Assembly (NCBI RefSeq): GCF_001194135.2
Contig: NC_068981.1
Span: 173,831,644 to 173,895,643, forward strand
Length of the DNA stretch: 64,000 nt
From: Octopus bimaculoides
Lineage: Eukaryota
Direction of reading: 5' to 3'
Position 1 is the first letter of the stretch, and each line of letters opens with the position of its first letter. The position numbers and the translations under genes are program-made. Below, one piece after another: positions 12,586 to 26,422 of the stretch. The notes under the pieces were generated by a model. That model saw only the letters and a program-made list of their open reading frames with translations, was not told the origin of the DNA and ran no database searches.

Positions 12586-13186
12586 TCAGATCTTAATGAA
12601 TTATGTAAAAGGATTAACTAACTGGCTAAGTGTGTCTATTTGTTTTTTTTAATAGTAGAACATAATAAATCATTCTTTTTGTCATATGCTATCAACTTGT
12701 CTTGTTATATGTTATGGCTAATATAAATATAACAAATGTGCTCTCCAGAGCATTAATTAAATGGCTTCTTTCGCAGTAGTATCAACTTTTACTAAGGATT
12801 ATCGTTAATCATTTTATCGCGTTTGTCTTATGTCCTTCTTCCTGTTTCTGATCTCCTTCTTCCTGTTTCTGATCTCCTTAAAGATTCATCAGACAAATAA
12901 GGCATTCACAATTCTAATTACTTTAGTTTTCACTCATAATTTTCCATGCCTTTTTCAGCAGCTCATTGTCTCTCGTGTATTCCATTTCCGATCAGACTGC
13001 ACATTATGTGTATTGAGGCGCTGGGATGACTTGTGTAATTCCTAGTAAGTTGGTTCTGTATTTGCTAAATTTGTATTGTTCTCTTGGTAGATCAAATATT
13101 TGTGAGTTTTTCTGCTAAATTTTTTTTTAAATCTCATCATGGAAGGTTGGCTCAGATCAGATCTTTCTTCTCAGTAAATTCATCTA

Positions 13187-14130
13187 TGAGGGGGTGCTGA
13201 AAAGTTCCTGGTTTTGGGTAAAAGAAAATACAAGAGGATCAGTTAATTATGATTTTTATTCAACATATTCCCCTCTCAGATTCACACATTTATTGCAGCA
13301 GTCGTCTAGTTTTTCTAAGCCCTGTAAAAGAACTCCAACCAGGACTCTGTAGTGGTTATCACTTCTGAATCAGGGTGAAATTTTGTTCCCTTGAAATGTT
13401 TCTTCAGTTGTGGAAAGAAGTGATAGTTGGAGCGGGGTGGAGTCAGGAGAGTAAGCCAAAGTTGTATATCCTCCGTAGAGTTTCATGCACTGTGTATGCT
13501 GGTGCATTGTTCTGCAAAAACAAAACACCATGGCTCAGCTTTCCATGGTATTTCTGCTTCAAAGCTTCACACAGTTCGTTCAAGAGACATGTAGTATTCT
13601 GCATTGATGGTGCGGCCCTTCAGCAGGTATTTTATGAGGAGCATTCCATCTTTGTCCCAAAACACTGAAGCCAGAATTTTTCCAGCTGACTTCTGGGTCT
13701 GAAACTTCTTGGGATGCGTTGAACCACTGTGGCACCACTCCATTGATTGGTGCTTGGTCTAGGGAAAATAATGATGAAGCCAAGTTCCATTCATGGTGAC
13801 TAAAATGAGCAATAAAATGAGCCTCTTCTGCTGCAAACTGGTCGAAAGTTGTCTACGATGTTGTCACTCTGATGCACTTCTGATTTGCATTCAGGCATTT
13901 CGGTACCCATTTTGCAGAAAGCTTTGTCCAGAATGTTGTGGATGATGTGGCCAACTCTTTCATGGGAAATCTCCAGGAATGGCTGTGTGGTAAGTAGCTT
14001 GCTTACCAACCACATGGTTCCGGGTTCAGTCCCACTGCGTGGCACCTTGGGCAAGTGTCTTCTACTATAGCCTTGGGCCGACCAAAGCCTTGTGAGTGGA
14101 TTTGGTAGACGGAAACTGAAAGAAGCCTGT

Positions 14131-14175
<45 letters not shown>

Positions 14176-14836
14176 CTGTGTTTGTCCCCCCAACATCGCT
14201 TGACAACCGATGCTGGTGTGTTTACGTCCCCGTAACTTAGCGGTTCGGCAAAAAGAGACCGATGGAATAAGTACTAGGCTTACAAAGAATAAGTCCTGGA
14301 GTCAATTTGCTCGACTAAAGGCGTTGCTCCAGCATAGCCGCAGTAAAATGACTGAGACAAGTAAAAGAGTAAAGAGAGTCTCAGCTATGACTTTAGCTGT
14401 AATCTAGAGATCCTTGACAATCATGATGTGCACAGCGTCAGCTTTGTCTTCTCTGGTCGCAGAAGTTGGCCATCCTGACCAGGATTCATCTGTGACCTCG
14501 AAATGACCAGTCCGAAACATTGACACCCAGATTTTCACTGTAGAGTAAGATGGGCAGCCATCCTTTAAGACTTCCTTCATCTTGCCATGGATTTCTGTTG
14601 TTGTTTTGCCTTGTAAAAACAAGAACTTCATGAATGCCTGTGCTTCAATTTTACCAAAAATCCACTGTAGGTGCTGCCATCATGTGTTAAATCTGCAAAA
14701 AGCAAAAGATATATTGTATACCATCATGATTTTTTGCATCTCTTCTCCTAAATAGTTGTCCTGCCTCCCCTGTAAAGGTAACAGATCTGTCCTTTTCGAA
14801 TACCCTTAAAGCCAAGAACTTCTTAGTACCCCCTTG
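13187..14836 (-). mobile_element. Degenerate mariner transposon with nested SINE
   Basis: TA-flanked TIRs (tgagggggtgctgaaaagttcctgg / ccaagaacttcttagtacccccttg); minus ORF 14404-14631 resembles the mariner HTH region (EIHGKMKEVLKDGCPSYSTVKIWVSMFRTG...SGWPTSAT); frameshifts and stops elsewhere. Confidence 0.85.
13975..14378 (+). mobile_element. tRNA-derived SINE, family A (internal (TA)n/(TG)n, tail gtaaaagagt), inserted into the mariner
   Basis: A box tggctgtgtggtaag and B box ggttcagtccc; other full or partial copies near 16770-17030, 21222-21808, 24175-24500, 26620-26880, 44320-44930, 55505-55920 (+) and 38653-39030 (-). Confidence 0.85.
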
Positions 14837-17422
14837 TATAAGGCTACTTTAGAACTGATAAGGATATATTTAGAACTTCAAAAATATCTGACAGTAAATT
14901 GTACAATATTTATTCTTGATCTCTTTCCATCAAATTTTCCTGTAATATGCCAATGTAGATTTTTTTTCAATTGGTTTGAGAATTTAACCCTTTAGTGTTC
15001 AAATTATTCTGTCAAATGTAATAATTATTAACTCTTATTGCTTTGAATTAATCATACATTATCTTGTAGCTTTGAGATTCTGAAGATGTAATTGTTTACT
15101 TGTAGAATGACATTATAGGGTACGTGTGAGAAGCCAGATCTAGCTGGCTTGAACATAAAACAGGTGGAATATCTGGACCAGACATGACCGATTTAAATGC
15201 TAAAGGGTTAAATAAAGCATTAGTGGATGTCTGAAGATGACACAACTATGCTGGTAAGGATATAAATGGTTGTAAAAGTGCCATGCAATGATGACAATTG
15301 TTTGCAATGGTGATAAACCAAGAAGGATTTTGGAAGTAATAGATCTTGAAAGGTTATACTTTAAAAATAAAATAAATCTTTTTCTCCTGTATATGGAAGA
15401 GATACTGTATGATAAGCTATGATAATGCTGAATTTATTGAGATTTGTAGTCGTTGTACATTTAATCTGAGAGTGTCTTGTGAAATTATTTGAAATATCTA
15501 GTTTTCACTCATAAAAGTGTTACAAACAACTATAGCTTATTATTCAAAATATAATTGGTGGATCTTTGTGTACAATATGACATATATACCTGTTGCTGTG
15601 AGTATTGAAAAGCAATGAGAAGTTCTTGGTAAGCCTATTCTTTAGTACAGATTTGATTCTCTTTGAAGCATTGATTCCACTTATATTTACAATTTTGAGC
15701 CAATGTTAATAGACTGGACGAGGTTAACTTTCATGTATTATGTTTAGACAAATCCATCACCAAATTAAGAGTTACAGGGTGTTTCCATTTCATATGTGCA
15801 CATGTACTTTGCTTTGTGTAATTATTATTGATCAAAGCTCTCCTGAAACCTATTACGGATATGTGACTGTTTGCATGCTTGCCAAATGCATGTTTGAAGA
15901 ATATGGGTTGATTGGTCATTTGGTGGTAAATATAAGTTATATACCTTGCATAGCATATAATAATTTTAAGTCTCTAATTTACTTTTTTACTAATATCTAT
16001 CCCAACTCTTTTAAACAATATTTATATAAAATTAACTTACATAAACTTAGCTGTTGGAGAACTAACTAACAATTAAGCATCATAAATTCTTTATTTGTCT
16101 ATTAGTAACGTTCACAGAATAATACTGATGGACTAAACTCTACAGAGCTGCAGTTTCCTATTTAAAATTTCCTTCTGTAAATTTATTATTGAATAATGTT
16201 TTTAAAATTCTGTATCTTAACAGAAAAGCAAATTATATTGTGATACATTAAAATAAATTAAACTTTCATAAATGTTATTAACATAAACACAATATCTCAT
16301 GCTATTACAAGTAAATATCCAAAATCATTAAAATTCACTCTATTCTAAAGTAAAGACTTTATGGTTAATGATATATAAAGGTATCAGTGAAACATTGTTA
16401 GCTATATAATTATCATCAGCAAATATACAGTCAAATTAGAAAAAAAAAAAAATCAATTAGCTAAATTAACATTAATCTCTTGAAGCTTGTGTCAAATTTA
16501 AGATTGGAAAATACATTAATGAAAAAATAAAGTCATTTAGATTAATTACCAGCAAGCAACATGTAACAAAACCCTTCCTGAATTCACCATTTTATCTTAC
16601 CTACAACACCACATATGCACACAATCAGCATGTATGAAAACACCTTTGGTCAATTTAACTAAACAAGGTGATAAGTTCTGACAGTGTTGTTCCTTCCATT
16701 ACCTTCAAACTACACTACACTTTACCTACTTCCACACTTCTCAATTGTTATTGTTCATTCTTGCTTTAAATTTTCAGTTCAGTCCCACTGCATGGCATCT
16801 TGGGCAAGTCTCTTCTGCTATAGCCATGGGCTGACCAATGCCTTGTGAGTGGATTTGGTAGACAGAAACTGAAAGAAGCCTGTCATGTGTTTGTGTGTCT
16901 GTGTTTGTCCTCCTCCCCACTGCTTGACAACTGGTGTTGGTGTGTTTATGTCCCTGTCTGTTTGGCTAAATCCCTTCAAGGCGGTGCCCCAGCATGGCCG
17001 CTGTTGGATGACTGATACAAGTAAAAGATAATGTTTTAACAATAGCAAAAAACATTTTGCGACTTTGAAAGTCATACAAATAAAGGATCCATTGCACCAC
17101 ATTTTATATATAATTCAGGTTTTAGTTTGTATGCTTTTTTTACTTTTTGTATTCCAAAGAGTAGATACCAATAACTACTACAAGGACCTTGAATATTAAT
17201 GATACCAAGTTTGGTAGAAAATCATAATATTTAAATGGCTTGAAACTGTTGCTTTCTTCCTCTCATTTAATATCAAATAAATGCATTTATGTATTATATT
17301 ATTCTAAATATTAGCTTGCCTTTTCTTTAAATGCTAACTTTTTTTTCTAATCTTCAGTTCTCCAACACTGTTTGTTAATATATAATGGTATATTTGATTG
17401 TTTTCCTTTGTTTCTCCTAAAG

Positions 17423-17538
17423 ATTCTGAGCCCTTGTTACAACCTTCACTCAATGAATCATTATCTAACAAGAAGGCTGTGCCGGTGAGGTCAGGAATTG
17501 ACATGTTTGCAGAAAATGAAACTCTAGATGAATACCAT
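17423..17538 (+). CDS. PRPF4B: PRP4 kinase exon (DMF motif)
   Basis: SEPLLQPSLNESLSNKKAVPVRSGIDMFAENETLDEYH; AAG/GTAAGA; phase 1-0. Confidence 0.88.
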
Positions 17539-17711
17539 GTAAGAATAATTCATGTATTCTGTTCATAAACATATCTATGTGCTTATATATGCGTTTTTAA
17601 TTATGAGTATTTTCATGCAGCTGTATGCATGGTAGCAATGGTATAAGTATCTTTATGAAGTTGGATGTGTGGTGGTAGTTTTTACGATTCTATAGTAAGT
17701 CTTGTAACCAC

Positions 17712-18175
17712 TCAACTGTGAAATGGGTCTGTTAACATTGTCTCCTTCATTGGACACGAAACTCGGCTTGTGAAGACCTGTTGGGGCAAGCGAAAGCGAA
17801 ATCGTGATGGCACCTGTGCCCAGCGTCGCCTTCCTGGCACTTGTGCCAGTGGCACGTGTAAAGACATTCGAGCGAGATCATGCCAGTGCCGCTGGACTGG
17901 CTCCTGTGCAGGTGGCATGTAAAATACACCATTTTGAGGATGGCCGTTGCCAGTATCACCTGACTGGCCTTCGTGCAAGTGGCACGTAAAAGCACCCACT
18001 ACACTCTCGAAGTGGTTGGCGTTAGGAAGAGCATCCAGCTGTAGAAACTCTGCCAAATCAGATTGGAGCCTGATGTAGCCATCTGGTTTCACCAGTCCTC
18101 AGTCAAATCGTCCAACCCATGCTAGCATGGAAAGCGGACGTTAAACGATGATGATGATGATGATGATGATGATGA
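17712..18175 (+). mobile_element. RTE-tail repeat (LINE 3' end or partner SINE) ending in (GAT)n
   Basis: gtggttggcgttaggaag...catgctagcatggaaagcggacgttaaacgatgatg; further copies near 6080-6545(-), 7270-7420(+), 18452-18620(-), 23560-23850(-), 24975-25135(-), 39575-39881(+), 41990-42130(+), 47620-47772(+), 63362-63585(+). Confidence 0.85.
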
Positions 18176-18680
18176 AGCAGACTAACAAAGATATGGGTCC
18201 TGCTCATTGACAGGACACAATGTTCATACCCAACTATGAGGCGGAACACACTCAAGTAAAATAGATTTTGTTATAAGTCAGGCTGACTGTAACAAGAAGT
18301 GTTGTCAACTTTCAGGTTTCAACTCTTGTGAGTTAGTAGACCAGCATCTGAACCCCACAGCAGTTGTATTACTTTTGAAAATGTTTATTGTTTTGGCTTG
18401 CCCATTTATTTTTAAAATGAGCATAAACAGTATTAAATAAATGATTGATTTCATCATCATCATCATCATCATCATCATCGTTTAACGTCCGCTTTCCATG
18501 CTAGCATGGGTTGGACGATTTGACTGAGGACTGGTGAAACCGGATGGCAACACCAGGCTCCAATCTGATTTGGCAGTTTCTACAGCTGGATGCCCTTCCT
18601 AACGCCAACCACTTCGAGATTTAATTACAAATTCAAGACTAACAGTATATTAATCTGTTGGGACCTGTTTTGTATTTCAG

Positions 18681-18765
18681 GATGTTTGTGTGGCAAACTA
18701 TACTGGTGCTGTTCATGAAAACCCCAGTTTGACAGATAACTGGGATGATGCTGAAGGATACTACA
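18681..18765 (+). CDS. PRPF4B: PRP4 kinase exon
   Basis: DVCVANYTGAVHENPSLTDNWDDAEGYY, hallmark PRP4K motif preceding the kinase domain; CAG/GTAAGT. Confidence 0.97.
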
Positions 18766-20468
18766 GTAAGTTGACATTATATTCTTTAATTAGTGTCTTT
18801 CCAAAATAGGTTGTTAATTAACATCACTTGAACAAGAGAGATGCAGTATATTGTATTGACGTAATTATTTGGTCCCCACACCCAGAAGAAAGCAAAGTTC
18901 ATCTCAAAAATAGATACGGTCATACATTTAGTTTAGGCTTAGTTAAGGTCATTTCCTATACTTTTACATTTTGTAAGTTAATACCTCCAAAATCATGAGA
19001 ATCAAATGTTAAATCTATGATAAGAATTTACATAACTCAATGTAATTAGTCATGTTTTTGTTAATTTTTTGTATTTAATTATTTCTCAACCTGCTTTCAT
19101 AGCTCACTAACAATACCCCCTCCACCTTTGTCATCCTACTTACTATGGCCACAGTCATCTATTTCTGGTCCCCATCTCTGCCACAGTTCATCATCCTCCC
19201 ACCAACTTCATTGTCAGATTGCTGCTCCCCACAACTGTGCTTGTCACAATTTCTCCTTCCCGACCCACTTCTATCTTTCTCACCTCCCTCTCTAAACTGA
19301 TATTTACAATCAACCACACCTTCACCCTCTTTCATCACTCTCTACATCCATGTTTAGTCCAATTTCTACCCCTCTGTCACTCTCTTCCCACTTTCTCATG
19401 AAATTACTTATCCTTTATCTTTCCCTCCTGATCCACAATTTATACATTCCCTTATACTTACCTTGTACCTTGTGAGTGACACTCTGGCCTCCCGTTACCA
19501 TCATCTTTAGTTCCCTTTCACTCTCACATAATGCTGGGAAGCCATGTATCTCCTTTACAGTAAGACATCTGTGCTTATCTCTTTATCATAGTTTAGCCTT
19601 GAACACCTTGCTTAAAAGTCATTTCCATCTCTCTCAAATACTCCCACTTAGATGTGGTGTCTTTTTTCTTTTTTCTTTCTTTACTATGTCTTACAAGTTA
19701 CTTAGTAACATCACTTATGCTGGTGTCATGGAAAAAAGCACTCAGTAACGTGGTTGGTGTTAGGAAGAGCATCGAGCCGTAGAAAGTATGCCAAAGTTGA
19801 CATTAGGGCCTGATGCAGCGGCTCGTTGGACCCTGTCAAACCATCCAACCCATGCCATTTTGGTAAATGGCTGTGAAATGATGATTGTGTTGGCAATGAT
19901 AATAATGATGGTAATGGTGGTGGTGATGATGATGATTTTGTTAGAAATTTAACCTGTTTTTAAATATCCATTTGTTTTTTTTCATGCTTGCTTAGTGTAG
20001 GATTATTTCTTTTTCAAAACAATTGTTTTTATGATTGAACGTCCCTCCTACTAATAATCACTCAGCTATGAAGAAAGAGTGGATTCCCATCCTTTCTTTT
20101 CTTTCTAAAATTAGGGAAACTTGAGCATGCAAAGCTTAGGATAACACCATAATCTCTGTAGTAAAACCTAAATAGTCAGTAGTCCAGTTTTGTGTCCTTG
20201 TTGTTCTAAATGATATTCCATTGCTACCTATGCACTATCAAGAGTAATGACAATATCAGTTGAGCATCAAATCTCTCATGGCATTTAGCTATGTCCCTTC
20301 ATATTCTAAATTCAAATTCCATTGAGGTTGACTTGCCTTTTATCCTTCCATAGTTGATAAAATAAAGTATAGGTGTCAATATTAAATTTGCCATGCCCTT
20401 CCCCATAAGTGCAGCCATTCACTTATCTCAGAAATTATTGTTATTATTGTTGCTTTTTTTTTTTTTAA

Positions 20469-20621
<153 letters not shown>

Positions 20622-21551
20622 TAAGTTTCATGTTTGTATTTAATAATTATTTTAATTTTGATCTATATAAAATTTATTATAAAAAAAAAACTTTTACGTG
20701 AATTTTTCTACATTACCTCTTTCTTTTTTTATAACTGTTTAGATTGCACTTTCTTCAACCTGAGAAAGGATTTAATGCAATGTTTTCAATATTTTAAATT
20801 GTCATATAAAAATCATATTTTGTTGTTTAAGCTCATTAGATGAACTGGCAGAATCATTAGCATGCTGGGCAAAATGCTTAGAGGCATTTTGTCTATCTTA
20901 ACATTCCGAGATCAACTTTGCCTTTCATTCTTTTGGGGTTGATAAAATAAGTACCAATTGAGCACTGGGGGTCGATTTAATCAACTACCCACTCCTTACA
21001 AATTTCAGACCTTGTGCCTATAATAGAAAGGATTATTTAAGCTCATTAAAATTTTATTAAGTGGATAAAGAACTTGAATTATCTCCTTTAAACTTGCTTC
21101 ATGTCTTACATACAGAAAAAGAGATGATATGCATGGTAGATTTTATATTGTGATTATTTTTGTAAGTTTCAGTTTTAAGAGTTTCCTATATTTAATTTTT
21201 TTTTTTTTTAAGTTTTACATAAGCGTAGGAGTGGCNNNNNNNNNNNNNNNNNNNNNNNNNNNNNNNNNNNNNNNNNNNNNNNNNNNNNNNNNNNNNNNNN
21301 NNNNNNNNNNNNNNNNNNNNNNNNNNNNNNNNNNNNNNNNNNNNNNNNNNNNNNNNNNNNNNNNNNNNNNNNNNNNNNNNNNNNNNNNNNNNNNNNNNNN
21401 NNNNNNNNNNNNNNNNNNNNNNNNNNNNNNNNNNNNNNNNNNNNNNNNNNNNNNNNNNNNNNNNNNNNNNNNNNNNNNNNNNNNNNNNNNNNNNNNNNNN
21501 NNNNNNNNNNNNNNNNNNNNNNNNNNNNNNNNNNNNNNNNNNNNNNNNNNN

Positions 21552-21585
<34 letters not shown>

Positions 21586-23174
21586 TATATGTTTGTGTGT
21601 CTGTGTTTGTCCCCCCAACATTGCTTGACAACCGATGCTGGTGTGTTTACATCCCCGTAACTTAGCAGTTTGGCAAAAGAGACCGAAAGAATAAGTACTA
21701 GGCTTACAAAGAATAAGTCCTGGGTTCAATTTGATCGACTAAAGGTGGCGCTCCAGCATGGCCACAGTCAAATGACTGAAACAAGTAAAAGAGTAAATGA
21801 GTAAAAGATAGTAAACATTCTTTTTTAACTGAAAACATCATAGGACAGGTCTCTTCCAGAAATTTTCTTTTTTTTATATCGGTGTCCGTGATGTTTTGTA
21901 GTATATCTGAAGCTGGTGAGGTTAAGGGAAGAGACATCACAGCTTATGGTTTACTGTAGTAGGAAGTAGCCCATAAGATATTGAGTTCTTCTCTCACAGA
22001 AGACCTGGTCTAAATACTTTCAACAGAGTGCATTCTACCAGCCAGGAAGTGATGCTAAACAGAGTGATGGATCATAATAATTTAAAAGTGATTGATTCTT
22101 TTGTATTTCTATTTAAAAGCTACTTAAACATGTAAAAACTCTTAGAACAAGAAGAAAATTAACTCTCTGGACTGAAATAAAAATAATCATAGCAATAGTA
22201 TAATTATGTTATATATCTCTATTTTTCTATATGTAATGTATATGGAACAAGTCTAAAGGAGATGATTCATAAAATTCTTTGATAATTGAGATTCAGATTT
22301 GTTTTTTATATAATTTCAAATAACAACTCTTATTCTTTTTGTATCTTGTCAAAGTAGCTGTTTTTTCAGTATGTAACTACATGAAGATGTTATGTAACTG
22401 ATGAAAATTGAATATTTAGGAATGTAGTAAACTCTTGTAAGGGGTTTAATCATTTGAATATGTAAATATAAATTTGAATTCTAGACAAAGATGAGAAGTG
22501 TATTGAAAGATAAACAGTCTTGTGTTGCTGTAGGTATGCAATAAAAATAAATGATACACTATATTAAATGTGAGTCAACATTTCTGATCTTAATGAAATT
22601 TCGAATTAATTTTATGTTCAAAATTTTGAAGAAAAAATATACTTGTTGTTCAGTGTTACATTTTAGGTACTTGCAAACTGAATTAAGTATGCTTGGTACA
22701 ATATTTGTCTTTGGCTTAACCCTTTAGCATTTAAGTTTGCCATATGTGGCTCAAATATTATCTGTTTCATGTTCAAATTGACCAGCTCCAACCTCTCACA
22801 TCTACCTATAATATCATTCTAAAACCAAACAGTCACATTACTGAAATCTCAAAGCTACAAAATAATGCATAATTAATTCAAAACAATATGAATAGCCAAG
22901 AATTTCATTTGACAGTAATCTGAATTTAGCATTCAGATTACTCTGTCAAATTGATTGTACAATTTCAATTTTATGACTGCAATCTCAGTCAAAATAAGAA
23001 ATAACTAAATTTCAGATGATGCAAAGAGAGTTGAGAGATGTGTTGTATGTCTAGAAAGCATTTATGTGGAAAGTAAAGAAAAAAATTTTTTTAATGGGGT
23101 TGTTAATGATATATTTGATTTGTTCGTATGTAAATTGTTATTTTAATGCTCTACAGCCATCTTTAATTTGATAA

Positions 23175-23327
<153 letters not shown>

Positions 23328-24750
23328 TAAGTAGTAACTCCAGTTTTCAAATCTCTTATATTATATGAGATGTGTAACTGTGTGAAATTATACAGTGAAT
23401 GGTTGTTGAAGAATGAGTTGGAAGAGGAATATGTTCCATCGAATGCTTTGTGTTAATTTATGAGAAAACTCTTAAGTTAGGACAGCTACAGTATTGATAA
23501 ATGCTATATATATGCACAATAAGCAAATTAGTGATGATGAATGAAAAACTGACAGGAATTCATCATCATCATCATCGTTTAACATCCGCTTTCCATGCTG
23601 GCATAGGTTGGACGATTTGATTGAGGACTGGCAAGCCAGAAGGCTGCACCAGGCTCCAATCTGATCTGGCAGTGTTTCTACAGCTGGATGCCCTTCCTAA
23701 CGCCAACCACTCCAAGAGTGTAGTGGGTGCTTTTACATGACACCGGCACGAGGGCCAGTCACACGGTACTGGCAACAGCCATGCTCAAAAAGGTGTTTTC
23801 TACGTGCCACCTGCACAGGAGTCAGTCCAGTGGCACTGGCAATGACCATGGAAAATAAACTTGATAGACAAAAATGACTTGGGACAAACTGCCTGGAGTA
23901 AACTAATAATAATTACAAGTTAGATGATGTAATATTAAGGTATATAGTAAACTGTTGTGTTACAGTCACATCCATTGTGTATCAGGATGGAAATATTTGT
24001 TTTTAATGACAGTGAAAGTTTTTTGGTTTAATAAGAGTAGTTGGAGAGAGATTGGCTGGTGGTCTAAAGTAATGAATTTTATCTAAAAAAAAGTATCATT
24101 TTTCCATCAGCAGAAATGTCTATATTAGCTGTGGCAGGTGAACTATGGTTAATATTATGTCATTAAAATGTCCATGGCAGTGTGGTAAGAAGCTTGCTTC
24201 CCAACTACATAGTTTTGGGTTCAGATCCACTGTGTGGCACCTTGGGCAAGTGTCTTTTACTATAGTCTTGGGCTGATAAAATCCTTGTGAGTGGATTTAG
24301 TAGGCAGAAACTGAAAGAAGCCTGTCGTATGTATATCTATGTGTGTGTCTTTTTGTCTGTGTTTGTCTCTCCATCACCACCTAACAACTGGTGTTGGTGT
24401 ATTTATGTCCCCATAACTTAGAGGTTTGGCAAAAGAGACTGATAGAATAAGTACTAGGCTTAAAAATTAAGTCCTGGGGTTGAATTGTTCAACTAAAACT
24501 CATTTAAATTGTAAGCTATTATTACAAGAAAAGAAAGAAATATGCCATGTGAAGTTTTTCTATTAGTTGATGAATTCTTTACACATTCTGTATGGATAGG
24601 TTTGCTGATATAGTTTATGCAACCACAATTGTTGTAATTTTCAATTTTCCATCCACATTTATTGTATATTTTCTTATTAATAACTTTTTTTTCTCATATA
24701 ACTTATTTTATATAAATTTGTTATATCCCATTCAATATGTATTTTAATAG

Positions 24751-25011
<261 letters not shown>

Positions 25012-25239
25012 TAGCATGGGTTGGACGATTTGACTGAGGACTGGTGAACCAGATGGTTGCACCAGGCTCCAATCTGATCTGGCAGAGTTTCTACAGCTGG
25101 ATGCCCTTCCTAATGCCAATCACTCCGAGAGTGTAGTTATACACTATAGTCATGTGTAATTATACATTTCTTAGAACAGAAGTAGAATAATTTTCTCAGG
25201 GAAAAAAACTCCTCCAAAAAAGCAAAAATTAAAACAAAT

Positions 25240-25731
25240 TACTTTATATACTGGCATACAGAAAAGAATTTAAACTTTAAAAAAAATCACCCCAAAACTA
25301 GGGGTCGTCTTATATACCCTGTGTAAAATTGACACCTAAGTGACGTCACTACAGTAGTGTTTACACCAGTCAGGTACATTTGATGTGTATTATAGTAGGT
25401 AATATACAATATCTGGCCACTTTTTGAGAAGAACTGGATAAATTTTAAGTAACCAAGACAGCAAAATTGTTGTATACAAAGTTTACTGATTGAAACATAG
25501 TTAAGATGCTATTGAAGCACAAGAAAAGCAGAGGCTTCAGGGGCCACTGGGGCAGTTACAGCTCACCCAACCCCTTTATCTATGAAGCTTGTACCTTTCA
25601 GCACTCAAGCTATTTTCCATGAAAACTTGGTGTAGTCTAAAAAACAAGTATAGCTCAAAACCTACTTTTTAAATTGGAATTCCTGGGGATCATCTTGTAC
25701 ACGTAATCGTTTTATATGCTGGTATATACAG
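25240..25731. mobile_element. Possible pogo/Tigger-type MITE remnant
   Basis: ggggtcgtcttatataccc and tatatgctggtatatacagta resemble pogo-type subterminal/terminal motifs; highly decayed. Confidence 0.35.
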
Positions 25732-26299
25732 TATATATTATTAAATTTTGTTCAGATCAATATATCAGAACCCTAGATGATAAATGAATAAAAGGAAAGT
25801 ACAATGAATTACAGTAATACCAATAATTATCCTGTATCCACATTAAATCATGTCCTACTAAATAAATATGGCCATGTAGCTCTTCTGAATATTTGTATTT
25901 GGTGTTTCACTTGTATTCATCATACTGGATCTACTATCTTCATTGAAGTCACATTAAAAGATTAAACTTGTTGGAAATAAGCTTTATAGCAGTCCTTGCA
26001 GTGTCACTGGTGCTAAGCTGTATCAGCCTTTGCCTTTCCCCTTGGATAACAGTGGCATGGAGAGAGGAGGCTGGTATGCATGGGCAACTGCTGGTCTTCC
26101 ATAAACAACCTTGCCTGGACTTGTGCTTGGAGGAGAACTTTCTATGTGCAATCCTATGGTCATTCATGACCGAATGGAGTTTTTACCTCTTTTTTTTTTT
26201 TTTGATCCCACTCACATTTATATGAAAAAAAGAAACATTTCAACAATAATGATAATGATGTATAATTTTGTTAATGCATTAATCTTTTTTTTTTTCTAG

Positions 26300-26422
<123 letters not shown>

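Noticed and set aside
17712-18092. Recurrent ORFs such as MKPDGY.RLQSDLAEFLQLDALPNANH (also 39504-39872, 62366-63508, 27792, 40740)
   Set aside because: Antisense translations of the RTE tail repeat; no splice structure or protein motifs.
21129-21729. Long ORFs rich in X (also 39843-40688 and 62292-63508)
   Set aside because: Artefacts of translating through N gaps.
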